A stretch of 64,000 nt of DNA from Phoronis australis (lineage: Eukaryota > Animalia > Phoronida): assembly GCA_002633005.1 (NCBI GenBank), contig NMRA01000822.1, forward strand, positions 1 through 64,000, in the 5' to 3' direction. The notes below the pieces were generated by a model. That model was not told the origin of the DNA and searched no databases. It saw nothing but the letters and a program-made list of their open reading frames with translations. Position 1 is the stretch's first letter; every line of letters starts with the position of its first letter. Below, piece by piece: positions 1 to 12,275 of this stretch. The position numbers were made by a program, and so were the translations under genes.

Positions 1-149
1 ATGGAAAGTCATTGAATTCAATGCCAAAATGTGCTCAGGAAAAAAAATCCCTTGTCTGCCATATTATGTCTGAAATCGAACAGAGTTTACTGTACTGCTA
101 TGAAATTGTGCTAATCTTGTTCCTAACTCATGTTAGAAATAATTTATCA

Positions 150-441
150 GCTTGAGTATAACTGACAATTCCTTATTGCTCAGGATGCATGATGGTAGCT
201 TGAGTATAACTGACAGTTTATTACTGCTTAGGATGCATAATGGTAGCTTGAGTATAACTGACAGTTTATTACTGCTTAGGATGCATAATGGTAGCTTGAG
301 TATAACTGACAGTTTATTACTGCTTAGGATGCATAATGGTAGCTTGAGTATAACTGGCAGTTTATTATTGCTCAGGATGCATAATGGTAGCTTGAGTATA
401 ACTGACAGTTTATTATTGCTCAGGATGCATAATGGTAGCTT
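150..441. repeat. 48-bp minisatellite, about 6 copies
   Basis: Unit GCTTGAGTATAACTGACAGTTTATTACTGCTTAGGATGCATAATGGTA repeated head to tail with few substitutions; explains the repetitive ORF 152-490. Confidence 0.95.
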
Positions 442-871
442 GTCGTGGCAGGTTTTTTGTCAGCCTCTGAAGCAATACAGTTGTCACTAAAATGCCAGGT
501 CATCGCTTGATTTGGCAACCTGCATGTAGTCAATGCGACCTCAAATTGTGTTTGGCGACCAGGGAAAAATTCCATTTTGCCATGAAATCGCCACTGCAAG
601 TATCAAAGCCAGACTATAATTCACTCTAAGTTTCCTTCAAAGTTCGTGTTGAGTTGCAAACTTGAAACTACTAACAATTTTCCTAGAATTATAACCTTTG
701 ATTCACAACAATTGTTCTGTTTATTTTGTGAAATCTGCACATTTGCTAAGTCGCCAAATGCAACTTGACATTAGGAAGGTGCATGGTCTATGTGCCTATA
801 TGAAATTCAAATTTGATTTTAATGTTAACAGTAAAAACAGACAATGCTTAAAGAACCTAATTCGTGATGTC

Positions 872-1036
872 TCACTTCTTTGACATGTTACGGCGTTTGT
901 CGATAGACAATTCTCTTAGCCCTTGAATAACAGACGTCTGTTCATTTTTACTTTTAAGCTGTCGACATTTTTTCTTAACATCAGCAAGAGACTGTGACTT
1001 TTTCTTGTCCTTCTTAATCTTTTTCTTCTCCGTCAC
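872..1036 (-). CDS. Probable coding exon of an unidentified Lys-rich protein (VTEKKKIKKDKKKSQSLADVKKKCRQLKSKNEQTSVIQGLRELSIDKRRNMSK)
   Basis: Minus strand: acceptor ttccctacAG at 1037-1039, then an open frame of 54 codons, ending at either a GTGAGA donor or an in-frame TGA (872-874). No recognisable domain. Confidence 0.5.
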   Translation of the reverse strand: MTEKKKIKKDKKKSQSLADVKKKCRQLKSKNEQTSVIQGLRELSIDKRRNMSKK

Positions 1037-1167
1037 CTGTAGGGAATGCTGTTATTACAAGACATGTATAATGATTACTTTGCGACAGAAAATGAAGCAC
1101 AAACAAAGAGATGATACATAAAATGTTAGTCAAACATGAGTCACGAATAGGTAACAATGGTCAAGAG

Positions 1168-3568
1168 TAAAATACAGTCTAAATTTGATCAAATCATAAA
1201 ATACAGTCTAAATTTGATCAAATCATAAAATACAGTCTAAATTTGATCAAATCATAAAATACAGTCTAAATTTGATCAAATCATAAAATACAGTCTAAAT
1301 TTGATCAAATCATAAAATACAGTCTAAATTTGATCAAATCATAAAATACAGTCTAAATTTGATCAAATCATAAAATACAGTCTAAATTTGATCAAATCAT
1401 AAAATACAGTCTAAATTTGATCAAATCATAAAATACAGTCTAAATTTGATCAAATCATAAAATACAGTCTAAATTTGATCAAATCATAAAATACAGTCTA
1501 AATTTGATCAAATCATAAAATACAGTCTAAATTTGATCAAATCATAAAATACAGTCTAAATTTGATCAAATCATAAAATACAGTCTAAATTTGATCAAAT
1601 CATAAAATACAGTCTAAATTTGATCAAATCATAAAATACAGTCTAAATTTGATCAAATCATAAAATACAGTCTAAATTTGATCAAATCATAAAATACAGT
1701 CTAAATTTGATCAAATCATAAAATACAGTCTAAATTTGATCAAATCATAAAATACAGTCTAAATTTGATCAAATCATAAAATACAGTCTAAATTTGATCA
1801 AATCATAAAATACAGTCTAAATTTGATCAAATCATAAAATACAGTCTAAATTTGATCAAATCATAAAATACAGTCTAAATTTGATCAAATCATAAAATAC
1901 AGTCTAAATTTGATCAAATCATAAAATACAGTCTAAATTTGATCAAATCATAAAATACAGTCTAAATTTGATCAAATCATAAAATACAGTCTAAATTTGA
2001 TCAAATCATAAAATACAGTCTAAATTTGATCAAATCATAAAATACAGTCTAAATTTGATCAAATCATAAAATACAGTCTAAATTTGATCAAATCATAAAA
2101 TACAGTCTAAATTTGATCAAATCATAAAATACAGTCTAAATTTGATCAAATCATAAAATACAGTCTAAATTTGATCAAATCATAAAATACAGTCTAAATT
2201 TGATCAAATCATAAAATACAGTCTAAATTTGATCAAATCATAAAATACAGTCTAAATTTGATCAAATCATAAAATACAGTCTAAATTTGATCAAATCATA
2301 AAATACAGTCTAAATTTGATCAAATCATAAAATACAGTCTAAATTTGATCAAATCATAAAATACAGTCTAAATTTGATCAAATCATAAAATACAGTCTAA
2401 ATTTGATCAAATCATAAAATACAGTCTAAATTTGATCAAATCATAAAATACAGTCTAAATTTGATCAAATCATAAAATACAGTCTAAATTTGATCAAATC
2501 ATAAAATACAGTCTAAATTTGATCAAATCATAAAATACAGTCTAAATTTGATCAAATCATAAAATACAGTCTAAATTTGATCAAATCATAAAATACAGTC
2601 TAAATTTGATCAAATCATAAAATACAGTCTAAATTTGATCAAATCATAAAATACAGTCTAAATTTGATCAAATCATAAAATACAGTCTAAATTTGATCAA
2701 ATCATAAAATACAGTCTAAATTTGATCAAATCATAAAATACAGTCTAAATTTGATCAAATCATAAAATACAGTCTAAATTTGATCAAATCATAAAATACA
2801 GTCTAAATTTGATCAAATCATAAAATACAGTCTAAATTTGATCAAATCATAAAATACAGTCTAAATTTGATCAAATCATAAAATACAGTCTAAATTTGAT
2901 CAAATCATAAAATACAGTCTAAATTTGATCAAATCATAAAATACAGTCTAAATTTGATCAAATCATAAAATACAGTCTAAATTTGATCAAATCATAAAAT
3001 ACAGTCTAAATTTGATCAAATCATAAAATACAGTCTAAATTTGATCAAATCATAAAATACAGTCTAAATTTGATCAAATCATAAAATACAGTCTAAATTT
3101 GATCAAATCATAAAATACAGTCTAAATTTGATCAAATCATAAAATACAGTCTAAATTTGATCAAATCATAAAATACAGTCTAAATTTGATCAAATCATAA
3201 AATACAGTCTAAATTTGATCAAATCATAAAATACAGTCTAAATTTGATCAAATCATAAAATACAGTCTAAATTTGATCAAATCATAAAATACAGTCTAAA
3301 TTTGATCAAATCATAAAATACAGTCTAAATTTGATCAAATCATAAAATACAGTCTAAATTTGATCAAATCATAAAATACAGTCTAAATTTGATCAAATCA
3401 TAAAATACAGTCTAAATTTGATCAAATCATAAAATACAGTCTAAATTTGATCAAATCATAAAATACAGTCTAAATTTGATCAAATCATAAAATACAGTCT
3501 AAATTTGATCAAATCATAAAATACAGTCTAAATTTGATCAAATCATAAAATACAGTCTAAATTTGATC
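1168..3568. repeat. 29-bp tandem satellite, about 83 apparently identical copies, ending at an N
   Basis: Unit AAAATACAGTCTAAATTTGATCAAATCAT, no spacers; contains the 12-bp palindrome ATTTGATCAAAT; truncated by N at 3569. Confidence 0.98.
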
Positions 3569-3570
3569 NC

Positions 3571-3609
3571 CTCTGGAGCAGTGACTGAATCTTGTGTAGC
3601 TTCATCCAT
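3571..3609 (-). CDS. Possible first coding exon (MDEATQDSVTAPE) splicing in phase 0 to the 872-1036 exon
   Basis: Acceptor-like tttatttAG just upstream, ATG at 3609-3607, 13 codons, then G followed by N (donor obscured by the gap). A candidate 5'UTR-exon donor AAG/GTAAGT lies near 4918. Confidence 0.35.
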
Positions 3610-5494
3610 CAGCTTTCACTAAATAAATGCTAAACGATAAAAGAGCAGTTATAAAACATGGATACAAAAGATTATAGTAAACGTTATAGAGCGATATGCT
3701 CTTTGTCTACAGTAGGAGGTAAAACTTCAATGACTGGGTGGAGTAAAAACTTGTACTACAGAAGGACGGGCGAGGATGACAACCTATGGATACTTGATCA
3801 CAAAGGGACCTTGTTTACCAATGTGGACACGTGCATGTTTTGGGGAGCGTTCGTTAAGTATTGAGAATGATGTCACATATGTCTGCTCTTGAGCCCTGCT
3901 GGGCTGAAGCCCTGAAATTGCAAGTTCCCTAAATTCCTTTTCTCAAACTATTAAAGTTCAGCCAGGGATAATTGGAAACTACAAAAATACCAAATCTGTG
4001 CATGTGCGAGCTTCTATCAGAACAGCAAAGTTACATGACAGTCAAAATGAAGAATACCATCAACAATACAATGGTGTACCCCTGTTGTACATCGGTTTTT
4101 TGCTTGATAATGGTCAATTTTCTCTTGGACGAGATCCCGGTTTTTAAAGCAAAGTACAGTACAACTGAGGACTACACGAAGCAGACCAAATGACATCACA
4201 TTATGGGTTTTGTGATGCTAGGCATATAGTCATGATCGTAAATAACCATCAGTTGAAAGAACAAGAAATTTTCTACCAGGATAGTAAACTTTACATGCGT
4301 CAAATACTAGCAGTTGTTCACTACTGTCATGATACGGGGCAGAAGTGTACGGGTCCCTAGTTAAGAGAAGCAGTTTCATCCACTGAATAACACTATATCT
4401 GACCAGAGACAGCGCCACTGTAGGCTGAACCTCGAGCAAATAATAAGGGTGGAAGACCACATCTGGGCACAGGCAACTCGGACGATATTGTTATATATGA
4501 CCTCCCTAGAAGGTACAACAATGAAAATTGTCTTTTAAACTTCGATTTGCTTTGGTCTAACATGAGTCCACACCCACCCAGCTCCCCCCCCCAACCAAAT
4601 GTAATGCTTCACGATTTCTGGGTTTGTCATTAATTTTCTTGTATGTTCTGTGAATTCTTCAATAAAAATATATCACCTTAAAAGAAACCCAATGCAACAC
4701 CACTCCCTAGGCCCCCTTCTTTCGCGTCTGCCTATTGCATGTGGATACTCAGACTCACGTGCGTAATGCCAAATGGCAGGTGACTTTAACTAAGTGACAG
4801 TCGAGTCGTCACAAGAAAGTCTTGCATTTTCTCATCGGACTACGGGCTGCCGGCAGCACTCGATCGATATAGATATGATGTAAATAGCGGGTGAAAACAG
4901 AAAGTCTTTTAAACTTACCTTTGGTTTAGATGAGGCCAACCCTCACCCATCTACCACACCCTCACTCCCTAGGTCCCCCGCATCTGTATCCTGGCCAACA
5001 ATATGGCCACCTGGCACATTCACACCCAAGCTATCGTGTTAACCATAATGCCAAACAACAGGAGACTATTTAACAAAGCGGAAGTCTTGCGATATCTTGG
5101 GGGCCATAATATTGTCCTGTCCAGAAAACGCATTTCCCTTGAGAAGACAATATATGTCCTCTTGACAAAACGCGAATTCGTTAGCAAACATATTGTTGGG
5201 AGGGAAAATGCTTGGGAGACAAACTTGATTTGTCAAATATCTTCTCAGGTGTTGTTGAATTCATGAAAGGGTGGTCGTGACTCAGTAAAGGTTGGGAATG
5301 TATAGTTCACCACTTCATTTCACTGTATTTACTATGAGCAAGGTTTGAAACGGGCATATTATATCAGACTATTACATTTTAGTCAGCCACGCGTCATGAC
5401 ACTGTATCACACACTGTAACGCCGAGCGGCTGATGCTGATGAGAGCACTGTCCTCACTGTTCCACTATGCCATAGCATTTAGCTGAATACTGCT

Positions 5495-5880
5495 GTGCCG
5501 GTGCGCGAACTTGGAATCCCGCGTGAACTTGGAATTGAACATTTATTTGAGCAATCAGGTGAAATTTTTCCAGTGAAAAGAATATTTGTAATAACTGGCC
5601 TCACACACATTTTTTCCTTTAGTCTAACTTATGTGTCAAAGAAGGGAGAAATATGTGAATGTTAAATCAATTAAAGTTTGATAATAAAGATCGCCAATAG
5701 TTGGAGAAATATTGGTTAAAATTAAAGTTATTTTATGAACATTTAATTTCATTCAGAGCAGTGTAAATTTTTATAAACATAAGCCTGATTATTTGAGTGA
5801 ACTTATCAAGTTTCCTCGTGTATTCCAAGTTCATGCATACAAGATCTTGAGATTAAGCAGGATTTCAAGTTCACGCACAG
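5495..5880. mobile_element. MITE-like element, copy 1
   Basis: Ends GTGCGCGAACTTGGAATCC ... GGATTTCAAGTTCACGCAC are inverted repeats; internal sequence is homologous to the adjacent copy at 5928-7257. Confidence 0.65.
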
Positions 5881-5927
5881 GTGATGCACAGCAGCACAAC
5901 AAGACAGTTGTAGACAGTGCCACTCAG

Positions 5928-7257
5928 CTGTGCATGAATTTGGAATCCTGCTTAATCTCAAGATTAAGCGGAAGTGAGTGTTGCGTGAACTTGGAATTCA
6001 ATATTCTTTAAGGCAAAAGGGTGAAATTTTTGTTCGGTGAAAAGAATTTTTGTAATTATTGGCCTTGCGATCAACCATTTTCTCCTTTACCGTAACTTGT
6101 GTCGCCGAACCGGAGGAATATGTGAATGGCTAAATAGATTATTGTTTGGTGAAACTGCATCGCCTGTAGGCAATGACCATCGCCTCTGTTGGCCCGAAGC
6201 AGAGGCGACGTAGAGGCTATAGGCGCTCAGTACGCCGGAAGCTTTTCGGCGAATTATGCCTCGCACCGACTAAACCATCAAAGTCACGTTGTTATAAATA
6301 CCTTTTCGCATAGAGGAACACCTTAGGAGGTTGTCGATGTGATTAATTCCTTCCAATTCGAACAAATACTCCCGTTATGAAACTTTTTCTTCGAGCAGTC
6401 CCTATTTCAGTTCCCAAAATCGTGAACTCACCATTTTTATACTGCGCACGCTCCAATTCATGACCTCAATCTTTAAATAGGCCAAAGGTGAGCCATTGCG
6501 GTCTTGTCAGTCAAATGTTCGTTTCCAAAATGCCACCACTTATACTTGTCTTTAATTGGCGTTACTTGAAACTGATTGTATTTCAATGAATCATTGTTTG
6601 TATTTGATAAAAATAAATGCTGTTGATATGACATTTAATAGTCTTTGTGCACATATTTGACATTTTAATGTTTAACAACACGGCAAATGCACGGCTGGTT
6701 CCCGGCAGCACGTACGCGAAGGGCGGGAACTTCAGCTTTCAAAGTTCGCCGGTAGGTCCGCAACTTCTGACCTTCGGCCTGGTTAAAAAAATGAAAAAGT
6801 TGATTTCACGATTTTGGGAACTGAAATAGGGACTGCTCGAAGAAAAAGTTTCATAACGGGAGTATTTGTTCGAGTTGGAAGGAATTAAACTTGAACACAT
6901 CGACAACCTCATAAGGTGTTCCTCTATGCGCAAAAGGTATTTGTAACAACGTGACTTTGATGGTTTAGTCGGTGCGAGGCATAATTCGCCGAAAAGCTTC
7001 CGGCGTACAGAGCGCCTATAACCTCTACATCGCCTCTGCTTCGGGCCAACAGAGGCGATGGTCATTGCCTACATCGCCTGTAGCTGAAAAGGTTGGTTAA
7101 AATTGACATTATTTTATTCACACGTAACTTGATTTAGTGCAGTGCAGATTTTTATGAACACGAACCTGATTATTAGAGGGAACTTGTCAAGTTGCCTCGC
7201 GTATTCAAAGTTCATGCAACACTCACTCCCGAAGCAGGATTCCAAGTTCACGTACAG
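5928..7257. mobile_element. MITE-like element, copy 2, interrupted by a nested insertion
   Basis: Ends CTGTGCATGAATTTGGAATCCTGCTT ... AAGCAGGATTCCAAGTTCACGTACAG; 5928-6166 plus 7081-7257 is colinear with copy 1. Confidence 0.7.
6167..7071. mobile_element. Non-autonomous Mutator/MULE-like foldback element, 905 bp
   Basis: About 260-bp terminal inverted repeats (TAGGCAATGACCATCGCC ... GGCGATGGTCATTGCCTA) and a perfect 9-bp TSD CATCGCCTG at 6158-6166 and 7072-7080. Long TIRs with a 9-bp TSD are typical of MULEs. Confidence 0.85.
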
Positions 7258-7319
7258 CACCACCGCCTCGGCTCGTTGAGTCCCAACAGGCTGCACACTA
7301 TACATGTGACACAGTAGAG

Positions 7320-7423
7320 TCACAGGCATCGTCAGCTTCTGATCGTCCCCAATACACTATGTATAATAGTACGTAGTATTATATAGTGTATTGGGGACGA
7401 TCAGAAGCTGACGATGCCTGTGA
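7320..7423. mobile_element. 104-bp hairpin mini-MITE
   Basis: 41-bp perfect inverted arms (7320-7360 and 7383-7423) flanked by direct repeat GTAGAG (7314-7319 and 7424-7429). Confidence 0.75.
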
Positions 7424-8377
7424 GTAGAGACTAGAGTAGTGAGTAGACAACATGTGACTTAAGTTTTAACCCCTCGGCCTCGGGTGGCTGCGGTATTCAG
7501 AGCGATGTAATTACCGAGCCTAAAGACTTAAGTTCGGCCATCCCAAAAATCATGGTGCAATAAGTACCTTCTGCGCATAGACTCCGAGTTGACGATCGTA
7601 GTGCCTTTGAAGTAACAGGTAACAGTGTTGTATGCTTTCGTCGCTGTTCACTTCTTCGCAAAGTCGAAAGGGACCAGTTTTTGAAGTGGGGAGATAAAAA
7701 TCGAAACGGACACGCCTGACATCTGGTGGAAAGTGGTTATTACCTGAGCATCGGGCGATATGGGACTCTGACTCCCAAAAGATGTTTTTCCTAGAAACAT
7801 ATCCCTAAATAGGTTTCCTTTTTCGAATTCATTTTCTAGCTGTCACCCTGCCGTCGGTCGGTCAAAAATATAGTTGAGTACACTCGGGTCTCATGTTCAT
7901 ACTCGGCAGAAGTCTAAAGTAGCCTAGTACTTGGTTTGTGCGGGCCGGGCTGCCTGTACGGGCTTTCAAGTAGTGCCCGCTGCGCTCACGTACAAGGTCA
8001 TACATGTATTCAACCATCCTGGTAGTTCTCACAAGATTAATTTCGTTGCAGGAAAGGCCTCAGTTATACTTAGTTTCCAAGTGACTTCCTACGTCTGCGG
8101 AACGGCTGGACTTAGTCTCAAATTTTAGCGTGCCGCTTCTACACAAAACGTTTCACAGCCTTCCTAAATATTTTACCGAGATGCCCCTTATGTGGCTATG
8201 AAAAGGAAATAAAAAGTTGAATAGACTTCTAGCCGATTATACTAGCCTTTAGCTATCCTCAAGTAGTGATGAACGCGCAAACAACTTCAATAAACCTTAG
8301 TCTAGCGCGCCACCGTCTCACTTTTGTGGTGGCATGCAGGCTCTTGACTCCGTGATTCCACTGGCATGCGCGGCATC

Positions 8378-8580
8378 CAGCCTAAAATATGAGGGGGCTC
8401 GAATTTTTGAGAATGTGGACCGCTACTTCAAAAAAAAAAAAAACGGCGTACGTAGCCTACGGCAGGGCAATGAATTTTGCATTCGCCTTCTTTAAAATTA
8501 ATGGACTTTTTTCTCGGCGGACCCGCCAAATGTGTAGGCTTTCTTCGAGCCCCCGAGACCCCCCTGGGTGCACGCATGCA
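8378..8580. repeat. Dispersed repeat of about 200 bp; inverted homolog at about 61848-62035
   Basis: CAGCCTAAAATAT...GGGG and CCCCCTGGGTGCACGCATG match the reverse complement of CATGCGCGCACCCAGGGGGG ... CCCCTTATATTTTAGGCTG. Confidence 0.7.
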
Positions 8581-10859
8581 TTTCACTATTATTATGTTAT
8601 GTTAGCTGTTGGTATTGCAAAATAAGTTACGTTTTTTTCAGCATTCAACCAAAATCGTAATCCCCTCAGGTTTACAACCTCAGCTGGCCCCAAAAACCCG
8701 CCATTGAAGTTCTTAATCCAGAAATGTTTAGTAAAGTTGCTACTGATATAGCCGTCTAAACAAGCAATATAGAGCAATTGTAATTTAAACTGTTAATGGT
8801 AATTCATTATTTTACCAAGATCTGTACAATGCAGGCTTAATCTCCGAGTCTGATGACATAGATAGTCAGAATAAAATTCTTAAATGAATACGTCGTATCT
8901 GTCCGAAAATGTGAATGGCTGGGTCGTTAAGGGCTTAATAAAACCCTACTTACTAAATATCATGGAAATCCGTCAAGGAACTCCGACGAGGCAAAAGATA
9001 GTAAACATGCCACTGGAGCGGGCAGAGCGGTAGTCAGATCCGTCAGAAAGTCGACACCCATAGCTAGGTGGCACCCAAGAATGTTAACCCAAGGTTCATC
9101 GTTAGAAGGCACTCAAATGTTTTTAAGCCAAGCTTGATCGTTAAGAGACATCCAATAGTTTTTTTAAACAAGTGGTTTAAAAACCACTTCTTGTTTTATT
9201 ACTTTATTGTATTACATCACTGTTTTATATTTTGTTGTTGAGGGCCCTCTTGGGAAGCAGTGTCGATACTGAAGAGGCCACCCTCATTTTAATTATCACA
9301 ATAAATAAATAAATAAAATGTTGATCGTTAGCGGGTGGAATTGGTCTACTGAACGGATGACTTTAACAGAAGACAACACAAGGCCACCACGTAAGTTCAT
9401 GATGTAGTCACAGTCCTATAGTACCTCTTTTGTACTGAACGATTATCCAACTATGAGTACTTTGGCGGTGCGAACAGAATACCATGACCTGAAACTGTAT
9501 TTTGCCCTGTAAAACCGGTTAAAACTAAAAAATGATTAGGTCTCTTTTACTAGCATGAAATGTGTCTCTTACTATTCGAAGCCACAGTCATAGAACTCTA
9601 TTTCCATCTACCAACAAAAACGTCGAAGCCCCCGATAAGCAACACCAGGAAAGACGCTTCATTTTTAAGGTACTGACTAACCCTAAAATTGAAGATCAGA
9701 AAATGCCGCTTGTGTGCATCGCCTCCAGGCCCGGAGCCACCATTGTCACTGAGAAGCGGACCTTTGATACTTTGTAAACGTCCACACTGTAGTTTTCCGA
9801 CGGTAAGGCCAGGGAAGGAAAATCTGGCATACACAACCATGACTCCCAGCTCAAAAGCCTGAGATGAGACGGAATTCGTAATACCAGAAATGAGGATGCC
9901 GTGACGTTGGTCCCAAATAACGGGACTCAAACTCGGTTGTCTGTCAACGTGGTCCACAAAGAGAACCGAAACGTACTTTCGCGTTAACCCCCCTCCCCCG
10001 TCCAAACGTTCAGATCAGACGTGCTTACTAAATGAGTGATTACAATTCATTAATTGCTTGGAAAGAAACATTTTGTCCAAAAATGACTTGAAACGCTTTA
10101 CCTTGGTTGTATTTTAGTCAAGTTGCTTACATCACTAGAAACACCTACAAATGGGAACAGACCACTATTCCGGAAGGTCGTAGCGCGGTATTTCAAAGGT
10201 TCACCGTCCACTTCAAAGGTTCACCACTCCAGAAATATCTAAAATTTCGGATTCAAGTGTAATTTTATACTTTTACATGCAAAAACGATCATTACTTCGG
10301 TTATTAGAAAAACTGAGAGGTATCTGGCCAAAATAACGCTCGGAGCTCATGCGCATCCGATTGGCCGCATGTCTCACGAATACGGAACATGAGCACGTGT
10401 AGACCTCATATTTGCATATGTAAAAGGATGATGAAGTAGAAATATTGATGAATTAATTATCATTCACGATTCATTCCTCGAATTCACTTCAAGATCGCAT
10501 CATTTCACAGCGTGACTGGGCCGCTGCGTCCCAACCTCAGCCACCAGAACCACGCGCACGACTTATGCGGATCGAAACTAAATGTACCTGCTAGTCTTCA
10601 CGAAGTCATAGAGTTGCATTCAGTCTACCGCCGTTGGTCCCCGCAGCCCTAACCCGATGGTGTCTCTGCTTGGAGTCGTTAGTAAGATTTAGATATCACG
10701 ATCGGCATTGATTGGAACTGAGCTCAACAATGTAATCATAGTTTTAAGAACTATTCAACTTTTGCAAACCCTTAATAAATGATTACTAGATGAACACAAA
10801 CACATTACAGTACTTTATTCATGTCAGTTCCGACTTATATAGCAGACACTCAGAATACT

Positions 10860-12275
10860 GCACCGTCGGAGTTAGTTTCGGAAATTGTGGACAGTTCAAA
10901 GTAGTGAACATATGAAGGTAGCCACCTTCGGAGTAGTGAAACTTGGGAGTAGGCCTAGTGACATGTAACCTTGGAAAATTTTCCATAAACTTTGTTGATT
11001 GTATGAAGTCTGAAAGCCTATGCACCAGTGTCACTGATTGAGTTTCGGTCTGTTCGTGTATGACATTCGAATTAGTATTCTTCCGAGAAATACAGACAAG
11101 AGAACCTAGATCTCTGGTAAAGTCACTGAACGGCAAAACGCTGTCTGGTCATGTGAAATTGGAAACTAGGATTCATCAAATTCAGATGCGTTGTGACCTA
11201 TCTGTAACCTATGAGAGACACTTTACAAAACTGCGGAGCACTGCTATCAAATTTTGTTGTTAAATTACGGTCTTTTTTCAAATGTTCTGAAATCCCAGGG
11301 CGAAAACTTGCTGACTGATGCGTCGTGGCCTCGCGATCGTCGATAGGCCGGCAACTTGAATTTTTGAGTAAAAATACAGTTTCGACTCAACAAATTACCT
11401 AAAATCCTCCTTCCATATAGCGACAATCCTGATTAAGATTTTAATCTGCGGTTAATTCCTACTTAAAAGTCCAAATCTGCGCTAGATCGCACCGAGCAAC
11501 ACGAAAAAATCTGTGATGAACACAAATGTTGACGTTTGTGTCGAAGTTAGTCTGCAGGCCGAGTGAGCGAGCTTGTGCGTGTCATCAGAGTTCATTTGCC
11601 AGCGTAGCAGGCCCGTTGTCTCTCAGGTTGAGAATGAGTCGTGATCACACAATCAGAATAGCGAACTGTCGGAGTTCTGGGCCCAGTCTCGAATCTTTTT
11701 TACTCGAAATGGAATTCGAAATTATGTTTGACATTTTTACCCTAATTTAGTGCGAACTCAAGATAAGTGTCTATTACTCTATATGCTCGAGTACATAATG
11801 ACTTACGTGGATGACATATTAGTACTAATTTGCAGTTGAAAAATCCACCATTAAAGCTAAAATTTCGAGTTTAAACTCGAAGTTTAAAGTTTTTACTCGA
11901 GGTTGTAGCACGAATATAAGGGTTTTTAAGTGCAAACTTGGACTAGAAACTCATATGCGTAAATTATAAGTATTCGAGCACAGTCTGATAACCAGTTATC
12001 TTGAGTTAGTACAAAAGGAGCAGAGATATTGCCAAAAATAATTCCGAGTTCGTTTCGAGCACAAAGATTAGAGACCGGGGACTGATTTTGGAATAGTGGA
12101 AATTCAAAGTAGTGAATTTTAGAAGATAACGAACCTTCGGAGTAATGGGCATTCGGAGAACTGGACCTTCTGAGTATTGAACCTTCGTTACAGTGACATG
12201 GAACCTTGGAAATCTTTTCCATCAAGTTTGTTGCTCGTATGAAGTCAGCAGGGTTGTGCACTATTGACATCGATA
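10860..12275. repeat. Two diverged copies of a transposon-end-like repeat (about 10860-11040 and 12080-12275); related inverted motifs at about 10160-10235
   Basis: Shared TTCAAAGTAGTGAA...CCTTCGGAGTA...GTGACATG(T/G)AACCTTGGAAA...TTTGTTG...GTATGAAGTC blocks. Confidence 0.6.

Noticed and set aside
152-490. 112-aa repetitive ORF
   Set aside because: By-product of a 48-bp minisatellite whose length is a multiple of 3; TTG start.
1168-3568. CRISPR-like array (29-bp partly palindromic repeat)
   Set aside because: Units are contiguous with no unique spacers, there are no cas genes, and the context is eukaryotic.
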